A stretch of DNA of 31,680 bases from Clostridia bacterium (lineage in GTDB: Bacteria > Bacillota > Clostridia > Christensenellales > UBA1242). The notes under the pieces are model-generated. The model was not told the origin of the DNA. It searched no databases and saw only the letters and a list, made by a program, of their open reading frames with translations. Both the position numbers and the translations under genes were made by a program. Numbering within the stretch: position 1 is the stretch's first letter; each line of letters begins with the position of its first letter. The stretch spans positions 1-31,680 of the forward strand of contig JAZSQZ010000152.1 in the NCBI GenBank assembly GCA_045538175.1, given 5' to 3'. This document shows, piece by piece, positions 1 through 7,285 of this stretch.

Positions 1-1
1 C

Positions 2-1456
2 AAAAACGTATTTGTTGAAATTGAAGGTTCAGGCAATTGCACATTTGGTACATTGTTTGGTATTTCAAAAGATTATGCTGGACACGGTATCAAAAATGTA
101 AAAATTAAAAATGTTGAAATGAAAACTAACTTCTACACAGCTGGTGGCGTCGTTGGTGTAAACTATAGTACTATTTCAAATGGTCCATTAAACGGACAAA
201 GTGTAGACCCTAACGAAATTCTCGTAAACAATATGGTTCAAGATGTTAACCTTATTGCAAAGAGAGCTGGTGGTGTAGTTGGTGAAAACAAATCTTCAGG
301 TATTATCGAAAAAACAACAGCTGTTGAAATTGTTTTCAATCAAACAGTTACAGAAAATCCTACATTATTCACAGGTGATATTGGTGTTGGTGGTATCGTT
401 GGTGCAAACTTCGGTGGCACAATCAGCAATGTCTATGTAATCAAATCAAACCTTCAAGTTCCTACAGGTGCTTCATACAATGTTTACCTTGGTGGCGTTG
501 TTGGTACAAACGCTAACGCTGGTGTAGTTGTAAGAGCATATGTTTCAAACACAAAAATCTCAACAACAAGCAACTATGTTGCAATTGTTGGTGGTGTAGT
601 TGGTGACAACCAAGGTGCAGTCAACCTTTGCGTTGTTGATAAAGTAACAGAAGTTAAATCTTCAACAACATTCGTAGCATTAAACAACACAACTGCAAAC
701 TCAGCTAACTTAACATTTACTTGCAGTATGGTTGGTGGTATCGCAGGTTTCAACAGAGCTGGTTCTGCAGTAGCAATCACACAATGTGCTTCTATGGCAT
801 CAGTTGAAGGTTTCTATGCAGGTGGCCTTGTTGGTATCTCATATGCAAACATTTCAAAATCAAGTTTCGGTTATGTTGATGGTGGTACAGCATTTAGAGT
901 AACAAAAGCTAAAGTTACAGGTTTCTATGCAGGTGGTCTTGTATCTCTTGCAGTTTCAGGAACAGTTTCTGATTGCTACACAATTTGCGACATTATCGGT
1001 GCAACATTTACAGGTAAATCAGCAGATTGGACAAAAGTTACATTAAACACTGCTGCTAATATGGTTTGTAGCCAAGAAGTTAGTGCTAAAGCTGGTTTCT
1101 CAGTTTTCGTAATTAACAAAGCAGTTATTAAGAATTGTTATGCAGTTGTAGATTTCTCAAGTGATGGTATCAACTTTGCAACAACTTTAACAGAAGTTCA
1201 AAGAAGCGATGCTGACAGAGCAAAATACAACTATGGTACACTTAAAAATTGTGCTTACCAAACTTATGGTAACTACAACAACGGTGGTACAAGATTAACT
1301 CAAGAACAATTCCAAGGTGGTGGAAACAACTATAAAGCATTTATTCAAGTTGGATTTGACACAACAACAATTTGGGATATCAAAACAAACGGTGGAGCAT
1401 ATCCTAGATTCTACAAAATCTCAACACAACTTCCACAAGCACCTACAGCTTACTAA
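2..1456 (+). CDS. 3' portion of a large surface/secreted repeat protein with GLUG-type repeats (GGVVG / FYAGGLVG); the 5' end is truncated by the window edge
   Basis: The frame is open from base 2, and the listed ORF 53..1456 only begins at an internal TTG. The repeats GGVVGxN and YAGGLVG recur many times, and the protein is rich in Gly, Val, Thr and Asn with no recognisable enzyme motifs. A hairpin with a T-run follows the stop codon. Confidence 0.72.
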   Translation, partial: KNVFVEIEGSGNCTFGTLFGISKDYAGHGIKNVKIKNVEMKTNFYTAGGVVGVNYSTISNGPLNGQSVDPNEILVNNMVQDVNLIAKRAGGVVGENKSSGIIEKTTAVEIVFNQTVTENPTLFTGDIGVGGIVGANFGGTISNVYVIKSNLQVPTGASYNVYLGGVVGTNANAGVVVRAYVSNTKISTTSNYVAIVGGVVGDNQGAVNLCVVDKVTEVKSSTTFVALNNTTANSANLTFTCSMVGGIAGFNRAGSAVAITQCASMASVEGFYAGGLVGISYANISKSSFGYVDGGTAFRVTKAKVTGFYAGGLVSLAVSGTVSDCYTICDIIGATFTGKSADWTKVTLNTAANMVCSQEVSAKAGFSVFVINKAVIKNCYAVVDFSSDGINFATTLTEVQRSDADRAKYNYGTLKNCAYQTYGNYNNGGTRLTQEQFQGGGNNYKAFIQVGFDTTTIWDIKTNGGAYPRFYKISTQLPQAPTAY

Positions 1457-1464
1457 TAAACAGA

Positions 1465-1497
1465 AAGAACAAGTTTAAACACTTGTTCTTTTTTTTG
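1465..1497 (+). terminator. Intrinsic terminator after the GLUG-repeat gene
   Basis: Stem AGAACAAGT (1465-1473) pairs with ACTTGTTCT (1481-1489), followed by a run of nine T. Confidence 0.7.
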
Positions 1498-1549
1498 TTT
1501 TATTTAAGTTTGCATTTTGCACAAATAAAAATTTACACCCCTTGTTTGT

Positions 1550-1579
1550 TTTACTAAAATTATTTTATTTGATATACTA
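1550..1579 (+). promoter_or_regulatory. Putative sigma-A promoter (TTTACT, 18 nt spacer, TATACT) driving the structured leader
   Basis: The -10 TATACT lies at 1574-1579, with a weak -35 TTTACT upstream at 1550-1555. Confidence 0.4.
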
Positions 1580-1585
1580 TTTATA

Positions 1586-1720
1586 TAACCATAAAGAGTG
1601 TGTTAGGGACAGCCCCTATGACCACACAGCAACCTGGTTTAAAAAACTAAGGTGCTAAAGGCTGAACGATGGGAAAGTTTTTATATTAAAATTAAGTCCC
1701 ATCTGCTATGGGATTTTTTT
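1586..1720 (+). promoter_or_regulatory. Structured 5' leader, a riboswitch-like attenuator of unassigned class, with mutually exclusive antiterminator and terminator
   Basis: Stem GUGUG(1598-1602)/CACAC(1623-1627) encloses an AGGG-ACAG-CCCU hairpin. A second stem pairs AGCAACCU(1629-1636) with AGGUGCU(1651-1657). The segment GAUGGGA(1668-1674) is complementary to the 5' arm UCCCAUC of the terminator hairpin at 1697-1713, which is followed by U7. Confidence 0.45.
1697..1720 (+). terminator. Intrinsic terminator that forms the expression platform of the leader
   Basis: Stem TCCCAT pairs with ATGGGA across the loop CTGCT, followed by TTTTTTT. Confidence 0.7.
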
Positions 1721-1767
1721 ATTGTCTTTTTCTCTTTATGGTTAAATTTGTTTTAAGGAGAAAAAAT

Positions 1768-2034
1768 ATGAAGACTTTAGGAGATTTATTAAAAGGGAGA
1801 GATAGGGTTTGGTTTGAACTTAAAAGGGAAGAGTTTCCTTTATTTATTGAATTTGCAAGAAGAAACAAATTGAAATGGATAAACGGAAAACATACTTTTA
1901 GTCAAAGCGATTTTGAAAATCATTTTATGTTTGCCCATATTGAAGTTGCAAAAGATCGTACCTGTTGTTTTGTTCCTATGTTTATGTGGATTGACAAAAA
2001 GCATAATCATTTAAAGTTAGGGCTTAATCAATAG
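1768..2034 (+). CDS. Hypothetical small protein (88 aa) downstream of the structured leader
   Basis: ATG at 1768 sits 7 nt after AAGGAG (1755-1760). The listed start at 1708 lies inside the terminator hairpin and is unlikely to be used. There are no recognisable motifs. A terminator follows. Confidence 0.6.
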   Translation: MKTLGDLLKGRDRVWFELKREEFPLFIEFARRNKLKWINGKHTFSQSDFENHFMFAHIEVAKDRTCCFVPMFMWIDKKHNHLKLGLNQ

Positions 2035-2062
2035 AACAAACAATTAAAAACAAAATAAAAAA

Positions 2063-2087
2063 ACCACGGAAGGTCCGTGGTTTTTTT
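2063..2087 (+). terminator. Intrinsic terminator, possibly bidirectional
   Basis: Stem ACCACGGA pairs with TCCGTGGT across the loop AGG. An A-run lies 5' and a T7 run lies 3'. Confidence 0.75.
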
Positions 2088-2173
2088 GAAATCGTATTTT
2101 AGCAAAATATAAATAAGACGTACATATTTATATACGAGATTTTTATATCTATATTAAACGATAAAAGTTGTTA

Positions 2174-2455
2174 TTATTCAGCTGTGTTTGCAGCTTCTGC
2201 TTTTGCAACTTCAAATTGTTTTAAAATTTCTGCTCTGATTTCTTCTCTTGTTTCTGTGTTTAATGGGTGTACAATATCTTTGTATTCTCCATCAAGTGTT
2301 TTACGACTTGGCATTGCAATGAAATAACCATTGTCGCCTTCGATAACTTTGATATCGTGTACAACAAAACAATCGTCGATTGTAATTGAAGCAACAGCTT
2401 TTAATTTGTTATCGTTCTTTTTGATAATTCTAATGCGAACATCTGAAATTTTCAA
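2174..2455 (-). CDS. spoVG: Septation/sporulation regulator SpoVG
   Basis: KISDVRIRI...[29 protein letters not shown] matches the conserved SpoVG core. The true start is probably the TTG at 2455, which sits 8 nt after AGGAAGGAGA, rather than the upstream ATG at 2491. Confidence 0.85.
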   Translation of the reverse strand: MKISDVRIRIIKKNDNKLKAVASITIDDCFVVHDIKVIEGDNGYFIAMPSRKTLDGEYKDIVHPLNTETREEIRAEILKQFEVAKAEAANTAE

Positions 2456-2619
2456 GTCCTTTGTCTCCTTCCTTATAAATTGCCTAATCAATGTTGGCTA
2501 ACTACATTTTATAAAAAAAATCAACAATTGGCAAATAAATTACAACACTTTTTTGTTATGTCAGGTATAATGTGGTTTTATTTTGTCGCATTTGGGTGTT
2601 TTTTTTCATATATAACGAT

Positions 2620-3990
2620 ATGGAAACAAAAATTGATTTAGGCAAAGTAAAAAGAATTCATTTTGTTGGTGCTGGTGGGATAAGTATGAGTGCACTTTTA
2701 AAAATTGCAAAAAGCAAAGGTAAAATATGCTCTGGCAGCGATTGCGGGGCAAAAGGTGTGCTAAAAACTTTAAAACAACAAAAGATTAAAGTTTATACTA
2801 AACACAAAGCAAAAAATGTTTTAGGGGCAGATTTAGTTGTTTATTCGTCGGCGATATCAAAAGATAATGTGGAAATTTTAAAAGCAAAAGAACTAAACAT
2901 AAAAACTATCACTCGTGCTGAGTTTTTAGGTCTTGTTGCAAAAGAGTATAAAACTGTTGTTGCAATATCTGGCTCTCATGGTAAGACCACAACGACGGCG
3001 ATGATTTCAAGTTTGCTTTTAAGGTTTGGACTTTCTCCTACAGTTCACTTAGGTGGCAATTACTCTTTGATTTCTGGAAATTTAAAGTTAGGTGGAAATG
3101 ATTTTTTTGTAACCGAAGCGTGCGAGTTTAGGGATAGTTTTTTATCCCTAAATCCTACAATTTCTGTTATAACAAATATTGAAAGAGAGCATCTTGATTA
3201 TTTTAAAAATTTCAAAAACATAAAAGAATCTTTCAACAAATTTATCGAAAATACAAGTGAAGTTTGTTTTATAAATTATAACTATCTAAAATATGTATTA
3301 GACAGAACAAAGGTCGTAACTTTTGGCTTAAACAAAAATGCCGATTTTAGAGCAATAAACATTAAAAACAAAAATGGACTTTACGGGTTTGATTGCATAA
3401 ACAAAGGGGAATTTTTAGGAAGGGTAGAGTTAAGTGTCGAAGGCAAACACTCTATTTTAAACGCACTATCGTCAATTGCTGTAGGAGTGTTTTTAGGAAT
3501 ACCATTTAGGGATATTGCAAAAGGACTTGAAAAGTTTAGAAATGTTGATAGGCGTTTTGAAAAGTTGGGAGAAGTTAAGGGTGCAACTGTTATACATGAT
3601 TACGCTCATCACCCTACAGAGATAAGGTCTGCAATAAAGACTTGTTTAGAGTTGAAAAAAGACATTGTGTGTGTTTTTCAGCCTCACACATATTCAAGAA
3701 CAAAAAGTTTGTTAAAAAGTTTTAGGACGGCATTTTGGGGTGTTAAAAGTTTGGTGCTTGTTGAAACGTATTCTGCAAGAGAAAAATTTGACAAAATTGG
3801 CAGTTGTGAAAACTTAAAAACGGAAATTGAAAGTTATGGTGGAAACCCTAAAGTTTATGGTGTTTTTAAAAATAGAGAAGTTGTAAAGTTTTTAAGTAAA
3901 CTTAATATAGAAGGCAAAATCCTTCTTTTTTTAGGCGCAGGGGATATAGAATTGATTGCAAAAAAATTTAAAACAAAATTTATTAGTTAA
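2620..3990 (+). CDS. murC: UDP-N-acetylmuramate--L-alanine ligase (Mur ligase family, MurC-like)
   Basis: N-terminal Rossmann motif HFVGAGGISMSAL and Mur-ligase P-loop AISGSHGKTTTTAMIS are present, with length about 456 aa. The listed GTG start at 2572 would add a hydrophobic extension overlapping a TATAAT box, so the ATG at 2620 is preferred. Confidence 0.85.
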   Translation: METKIDLGKVKRIHFVGAGGISMSALLKIAKSKGKICSGSDCGAKGVLKTLKQQKIKVYTKHKAKNVLGADLVVYSSAISKDNVEILKAKELNIKTITRAEFLGLVAKEYKTVVAISGSHGKTTTTAMISSLLLRFGLSPTVHLGGNYSLISGNLKLGGNDFFVTEACEFRDSFLSLNPTISVITNIEREHLDYFKNFKNIKESFNKFIENTSEVCFINYNYLKYVLDRTKVVTFGLNKNADFRAINIKNKNGLYGFDCINKGEFLGRVELSVEGKHSILNALSSIAVGVFLGIPFRDIAKGLEKFRNVDRRFEKLGEVKGATVIHDYAHHPTEIRSAIKTCLELKKDIVCVFQPHTYSRTKSLLKSFRTAFWGVKSLVLVETYSAREKFDKIGSCENLKTEIESYGGNPKVYGVFKNREVVKFLSKLNIEGKILLFLGAGDIELIAKKFKTKFIS

Positions 3991-3996
3991 AAACTG

Positions 3997-4024
3997 TTGA
4001 CAAATGCTCCTAAATGGTATAAAA
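3997..4024 (+). promoter_or_regulatory. Sigma-A promoter for rpmE
   Basis: TTGACA (3997-4002) is followed by a 16 nt spacer and an extended -10 TGgTATAAA (4016-4024). Confidence 0.55.
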
Positions 4025-4062
4025 TCTAAGCACGTAAAAATATGTCTAGACAAGGAGCAATT

Positions 4063-4266
4063 ATGAAAGAAGGTATACATCCAGATTATCACGAAGTTGA
4101 AGTACAATGTGCTTGCGGTGAAAAATTTATGTCTCGTTCTACAAAACCAGGCGATGTTATCAAGGTTGATATCTGCAATAAATGCCATCCATTCTATACT
4201 GGAAAGCAAAAAATTGTTGATGCTAGTGGTAAAGTAGAAAAATTCCAAAAGAAACACAATCTATAA
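4063..4266 (+). CDS. rpmE: 50S ribosomal protein L31
   Basis: [18 protein letters not shown]...[13 protein letters not shown] matches L31 with its zinc-binding Cys pairs. The RBS AAGGAG lies 5 nt upstream of the ATG. Confidence 0.9.
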   Translation: MKEGIHPDYHEVEVQCACGEKFMSRSTKPGDVIKVDICNKCHPFYTGKQKIVDASGKVEKFQKKHNL

Positions 4267-4341
4267 GATATTTATATGTTGCTTTGGCAACATTTTAAAT
4301 ATGCAACAGTGAAACACAGGTTTTGCTGAATTTATAGGAAA

Positions 4342-4367
4342 AGCAAAGATTTATCTTTGCTTTTTTG
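4342..4367 (+). terminator. Intrinsic terminator after rpmE
   Basis: Stem GCAAAGA pairs with TCTTTGC across the loop TTTAT, followed by TTTTTT. Confidence 0.7.
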
Positions 4368-4400
4368 TTTTGCTTTTTGTTTTTTGTAAATACTTTTGTT

Positions 4401-6152
4401 ATGAAAACAAAAAACTTTTATATAGCAGAAGGCAATGGTGTTTTAGGTGGCGTTAAAATTAGGTATAACGAAGTTGATGTTTTGTGCTTAAATAATAATG
4501 GAGATATTAGGTTTGATACAACTCTTAAACAAAACAGGTTTATAAAAGCAATCAAAAAAATGTTTTTTATAAGGGGCTTGTTTTTGTTTTTTTATAATCT
4601 TTTTTGCTTTTTTTATGACTACAACATTTCGCTTGAAAATTACAACAGAGCACTATTAAAACAGTCTGTTGATTTTAGAAAAGCAAAGAAAAGAGAGTTT
4701 AGAAATTTTAGGGTAACATTTTTTATCTTATTGTCTTTATTTGTTTTTTTATTGCCACTTTTATTTGATAAGTTTGTGGGAAATGTTGTTAGTGGTTTTT
4801 GGTTTGAAAGTTTAAAGATTATTTTTAAGTTTATTTGTGTAAGTTTGTTTTTGCTTATTTTGAAAAAGTTAACTCTTGCAAAAAATATTTTCGAAAACAC
4901 AACTGCAATAGGAAAGGTCTTAAATTCGTTAAGTCCACAAAAACAGATTTATTACAACAGGGTCGAAAACTCATCAAGCCTTTTTATAATTAGCACACAA
5001 ACAAGTTTTTTAACAACTTTCTTTTTGTTGTTTTCAATCGTCCCTATAATTTCTATAAATAGTTTTTTTGTGCAAGGTTTTGTTAAAATTTTGACTTCAA
5101 TTTTAATAATTTGTCTTGCATATGAAATTCAACTTATTGTACAATATAACTATAAAAAAAGTAAGATTGTGTATATAATCGGTTTTTTGTTTATTTACTT
5201 TTCTTACATCACAAAAGTCGACCCTATAGACAAACAACAAAGGTTAGCAAAAGTTGCTATGGAGGAAATCATACAAATGAATTTTGATAAAGTTAATAGT
5301 ATTGAAAAGCAAGAAGGTGAAGTTCCTTTTAGCAAGGTTTTAGAAGAAGTAAAAACCACTTTAATTAAAAACGGAATTGACGACCCTGTTGAAGCAAAGT
5401 ATTTGATTTGCGAAACTTTAGGAATAACTAATGCCGAAATGGTTTTGCTAAGACACATAACAAAAAAGCAAGAAGAAAAAATACTAAAAGTTTTAGGGGA
5501 GAGAATAACTCATAAACCACTTTGCAAAATTTTAGGGTATAAATATTTTTATGGTCTTAAGTTTAGGGTAAACAGTTTTGTCTTATCTCCTAGACAAGAA
5601 ACAGAAATTCTTGTTGAAGAAGTTGTAAATGTAATAAACAACTCAGGCAAAAAACTTAAAGTATTAGACATGTGCACAGGCAGTGGTGCAATTGCTGTTG
5701 CAATAAAGAAAAACGCAAACTGTGATATGGTTGCAGTTGATAAGTGTAAAAGGGCACTATCAGTTGCTGAAAAAAATGCAAAAGAGTACAACCTTGATAT
5801 TCAATTTTTTCAAGGGGATATGTTTAAATACTTGAAAGATGAAAACAAGTTTGATATAATAACTTGTAATCCACCTTACATCGAAAGTAAGGAAATAGAA
5901 AACTTAGATTTGGAAGTCAAAAATCACGACCCACTAAAAGCTTTAGATGGTGGGGCAGATGGTTTAAAGTTTTATAGAATCATTGCAAACGAAGCACAAA
6001 ACTTCCTTACAAACAACGGCTTGTTGTTTTTAGAAATTGGTTTTGACCAAGCAGAAAGCGTATCAAAATTGCTTGAGAAAAACTTTAAGGATATTTGTGT
6101 TATAGAAGATTTTGCAGGGCTTCCAAGAATTATAAAAGCAGTAAAAAAATAA
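4401..6152 (+). CDS. prmC: In-frame fusion of an N-terminal polytopic membrane domain (DUF1385-like by gene order and N-terminal pattern) with a C-terminal release-factor glutamine N5-methyltransferase PrmC/HemK
   Basis: The first ~290 aa carry several hydrophobic helices and a GxGxxGG-type N-terminus. The last ~298 aa carry the HemK signature (VLDMCTGSGAIAV; ITCNPPYI = NPPY motif). No stop codon separates the two parts. The ATG at 4401 is preferred over the listed 4365, which overlaps the rpmE terminator. An internal ATG at 5277 sits 11 nt after GGAGG. Confidence 0.7.
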   Translation: MKTKNFYIAEGNGVLGGVKIRYNEVDVLCLNNNGDIRFDTTLKQNRFIKAIKKMFFIRGLFLFFYNLFCFFYDYNISLENYNRALLKQSVDFRKAKKREFRNFRVTFFILLSLFVFLLPLLFDKFVGNVVSGFWFESLKIIFKFICVSLFLLILKKLTLAKNIFENTTAIGKVLNSLSPQKQIYYNRVENSSSLFIISTQTSFLTTFFLLFSIVPIISINSFFVQGFVKILTSILIICLAYEIQLIVQYNYKKSKIVYIIGFLFIYFSYITKVDPIDKQQRLAKVAMEEIIQMNFDKVNSIEKQEGEVPFSKVLEEVKTTLIKNGIDDPVEAKYLICETLGITNAEMVLLRHITKKQEEKILKVLGERITHKPLCKILGYKYFYGLKFRVNSFVLSPRQETEILVEEVVNVINNSGKKLKVLDMCTGSGAIAVAIKKNANCDMVAVDKCKRALSVAEKNAKEYNLDIQFFQGDMFKYLKDENKFDIITCNPPYIESKEIENLDLEVKNHDPLKALDGGADGLKFYRIIANEAQNFLTNNGLLFLEIGFDQAESVSKLLEKNFKDICVIEDFAGLPRIIKAVKK

Positions 6153-6160
6153 GAGGGAAT

Positions 6161-7228
6161 ATGTTAGACAAATTAGATAATATTGTAAAAAATTATGAAG
6201 AGATTGCAAGGAAGATTGCAGACCCAGCTATTATTGCCGACAACAGAACTTGGCAAAAACTAGCAAAGGAGCACGCAGACCTTACACCTCTTATTGATAA
6301 GTATAACGAACTTAAAAAGTGTATTGCAGATTATGACGACGCTGTTACACTTTTAAAAGACGAAAAGGATCCAGAACTTGTTGCTCTTTACGAAGAAGAA
6401 ATTGACAACTGTAAAGAAAACAAAGAAAAACTTGAAGAAGAACTCAAAATCCTTCTTTTACCTAAAGATGAAAATGATGACAAGAACGTTATCGTTGAAA
6501 TTCGTGCAGGTGCTGGTGGCGAAGAAGCAGGTCTTTTCGGTGCTGAACTTATGAGAATGTATATGATGTATGCAGAGCACAAAAGATACAAGATTGAAAC
6601 AATCAACGTAAACGAAAGCGAACTTGGTGGAATTAAAGAAGCAGTTTTCCAAATTAAAGGAAATGGTGCTTATTCAAACTTAAAGTATGAAAGTGGTGTT
6701 CACCGTGTTCAAAGAGTTCCTGAAACCGAATCTCAAGGCAGAGTTCACACATCAACTGTTACAGTTGCAGTTTTGCCTGAACTTGAAGAAGTAGAGTTTG
6801 AAATCTTAGATAAAGATTTAAGGGTTGATACTTATAGAAGTAGTGGTGCTGGTGGACAACACATCAACAAAACAGACTCTGCAATTCGTATGACACACTT
6901 ACCTACAGGAATCGTTGTTACTTGTCAAGACGAAAGAAGTCAGCTTAAAAACCGTGAAAAAGCTATGATGATTTTGAAAGCAAAATTATATGAGTTTTAT
7001 CAAGGTCAAAAAGACAGAGAATATGCTGCAAACAGAAAGTCAATGGTAGGTACAGGGGATAGAAGTGAAAGAATTAGAACTTACAACTTCCCACAAGGCA
7101 GAATTTCTGACCATAGAATAAACTTTACTGCATATAATCTTCTTGATTTTATGAACGGAGATATCGACACACTTATCTCTGAACTTAAGATTGCAGACCA
7201 AAAAAGCAAACTAGAAAATTTAACTTAA
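6161..7228 (+). CDS. prfA: Peptide chain release factor 1
   Basis: GGQ motif (SGAGGQHINKTDSAIR) and the RF1-type PxT tripeptide (VPETESQGRVHTS) are present. The ATG at 6161 follows AAGAGGGA, and the upstream extension in the ORF track overlaps prmC. Confidence 0.9.
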   Translation: MLDKLDNIVKNYEEIARKIADPAIIADNRTWQKLAKEHADLTPLIDKYNELKKCIADYDDAVTLLKDEKDPELVALYEEEIDNCKENKEKLEEELKILLLPKDENDDKNVIVEIRAGAGGEEAGLFGAELMRMYMMYAEHKRYKIETINVNESELGGIKEAVFQIKGNGAYSNLKYESGVHRVQRVPETESQGRVHTSTVTVAVLPELEEVEFEILDKDLRVDTYRSSGAGGQHINKTDSAIRMTHLPTGIVVTCQDERSQLKNREKAMMILKAKLYEFYQGQKDREYAANRKSMVGTGDRSERIRTYNFPQGRISDHRINFTAYNLLDFMNGDIDTLISELKIADQKSKLENLT

Positions 7229-7232
7229 GATA

Positions 7233-7261
7233 TTGAAAATTTATTTTACATATGATAAAAT
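7233..7261 (+). promoter_or_regulatory. Sigma-A promoter for the 7286-10000 module
   Basis: TTGAAA (7233-7238) is followed by a 17 nt spacer and TGaTAAAAT (7253-7261). Confidence 0.5.
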
Positions 7262-7285
7262 ATAGTTGGTTGAAGAGGTTTTATA

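Noticed and set aside
574-780. Minus-strand 68-aa ORF inside the GLUG-repeat gene
   Set aside because: It is the antisense frame of a repetitive Gly/Val-coding region, with no RBS, and it lies entirely within a better-supported CDS.
1605-1617. AGGG-ACAG-CCCU hairpin as a possible guanidine-II (mini-ykkC) element
   Set aside because: The loop is ACAG rather than ACGR, and no second matching hairpin is present.
1708-1767. Listed ATG start at 1708 for the small ORF
   Set aside because: This start lies inside the terminator hairpin with no SD. The in-frame ATG at 1768 has an AAGGAG 7 nt upstream.
2572-2619. GTG start at 2572 for murC
   Set aside because: It would add a 16-aa Phe/Trp-rich extension that overlaps a TATAAT box. 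The conserved Mur-ligase N-terminus begins after the ATG at 2620.
3931-4257. Minus-strand 108-aa ORF spanning the murC end and rpmE
   Set aside because: It is antisense to rpmE, which is unmistakable, and to the rpmE promoter. Its composition is low-complexity Phe/Ile.
4640-5791. Three minus-strand ORFs (4640-4900, 5204-5458, 5549-5791) inside the DUF1385-prmC frame
   Set aside because: They are antisense to a CDS with clear HemK motifs and are A/T-codon artefacts of a 30% GC genome.
6388-6652. Two minus-strand ORFs inside prfA
   Set aside because: They are antisense to a gene with GGQ and PxT motifs.
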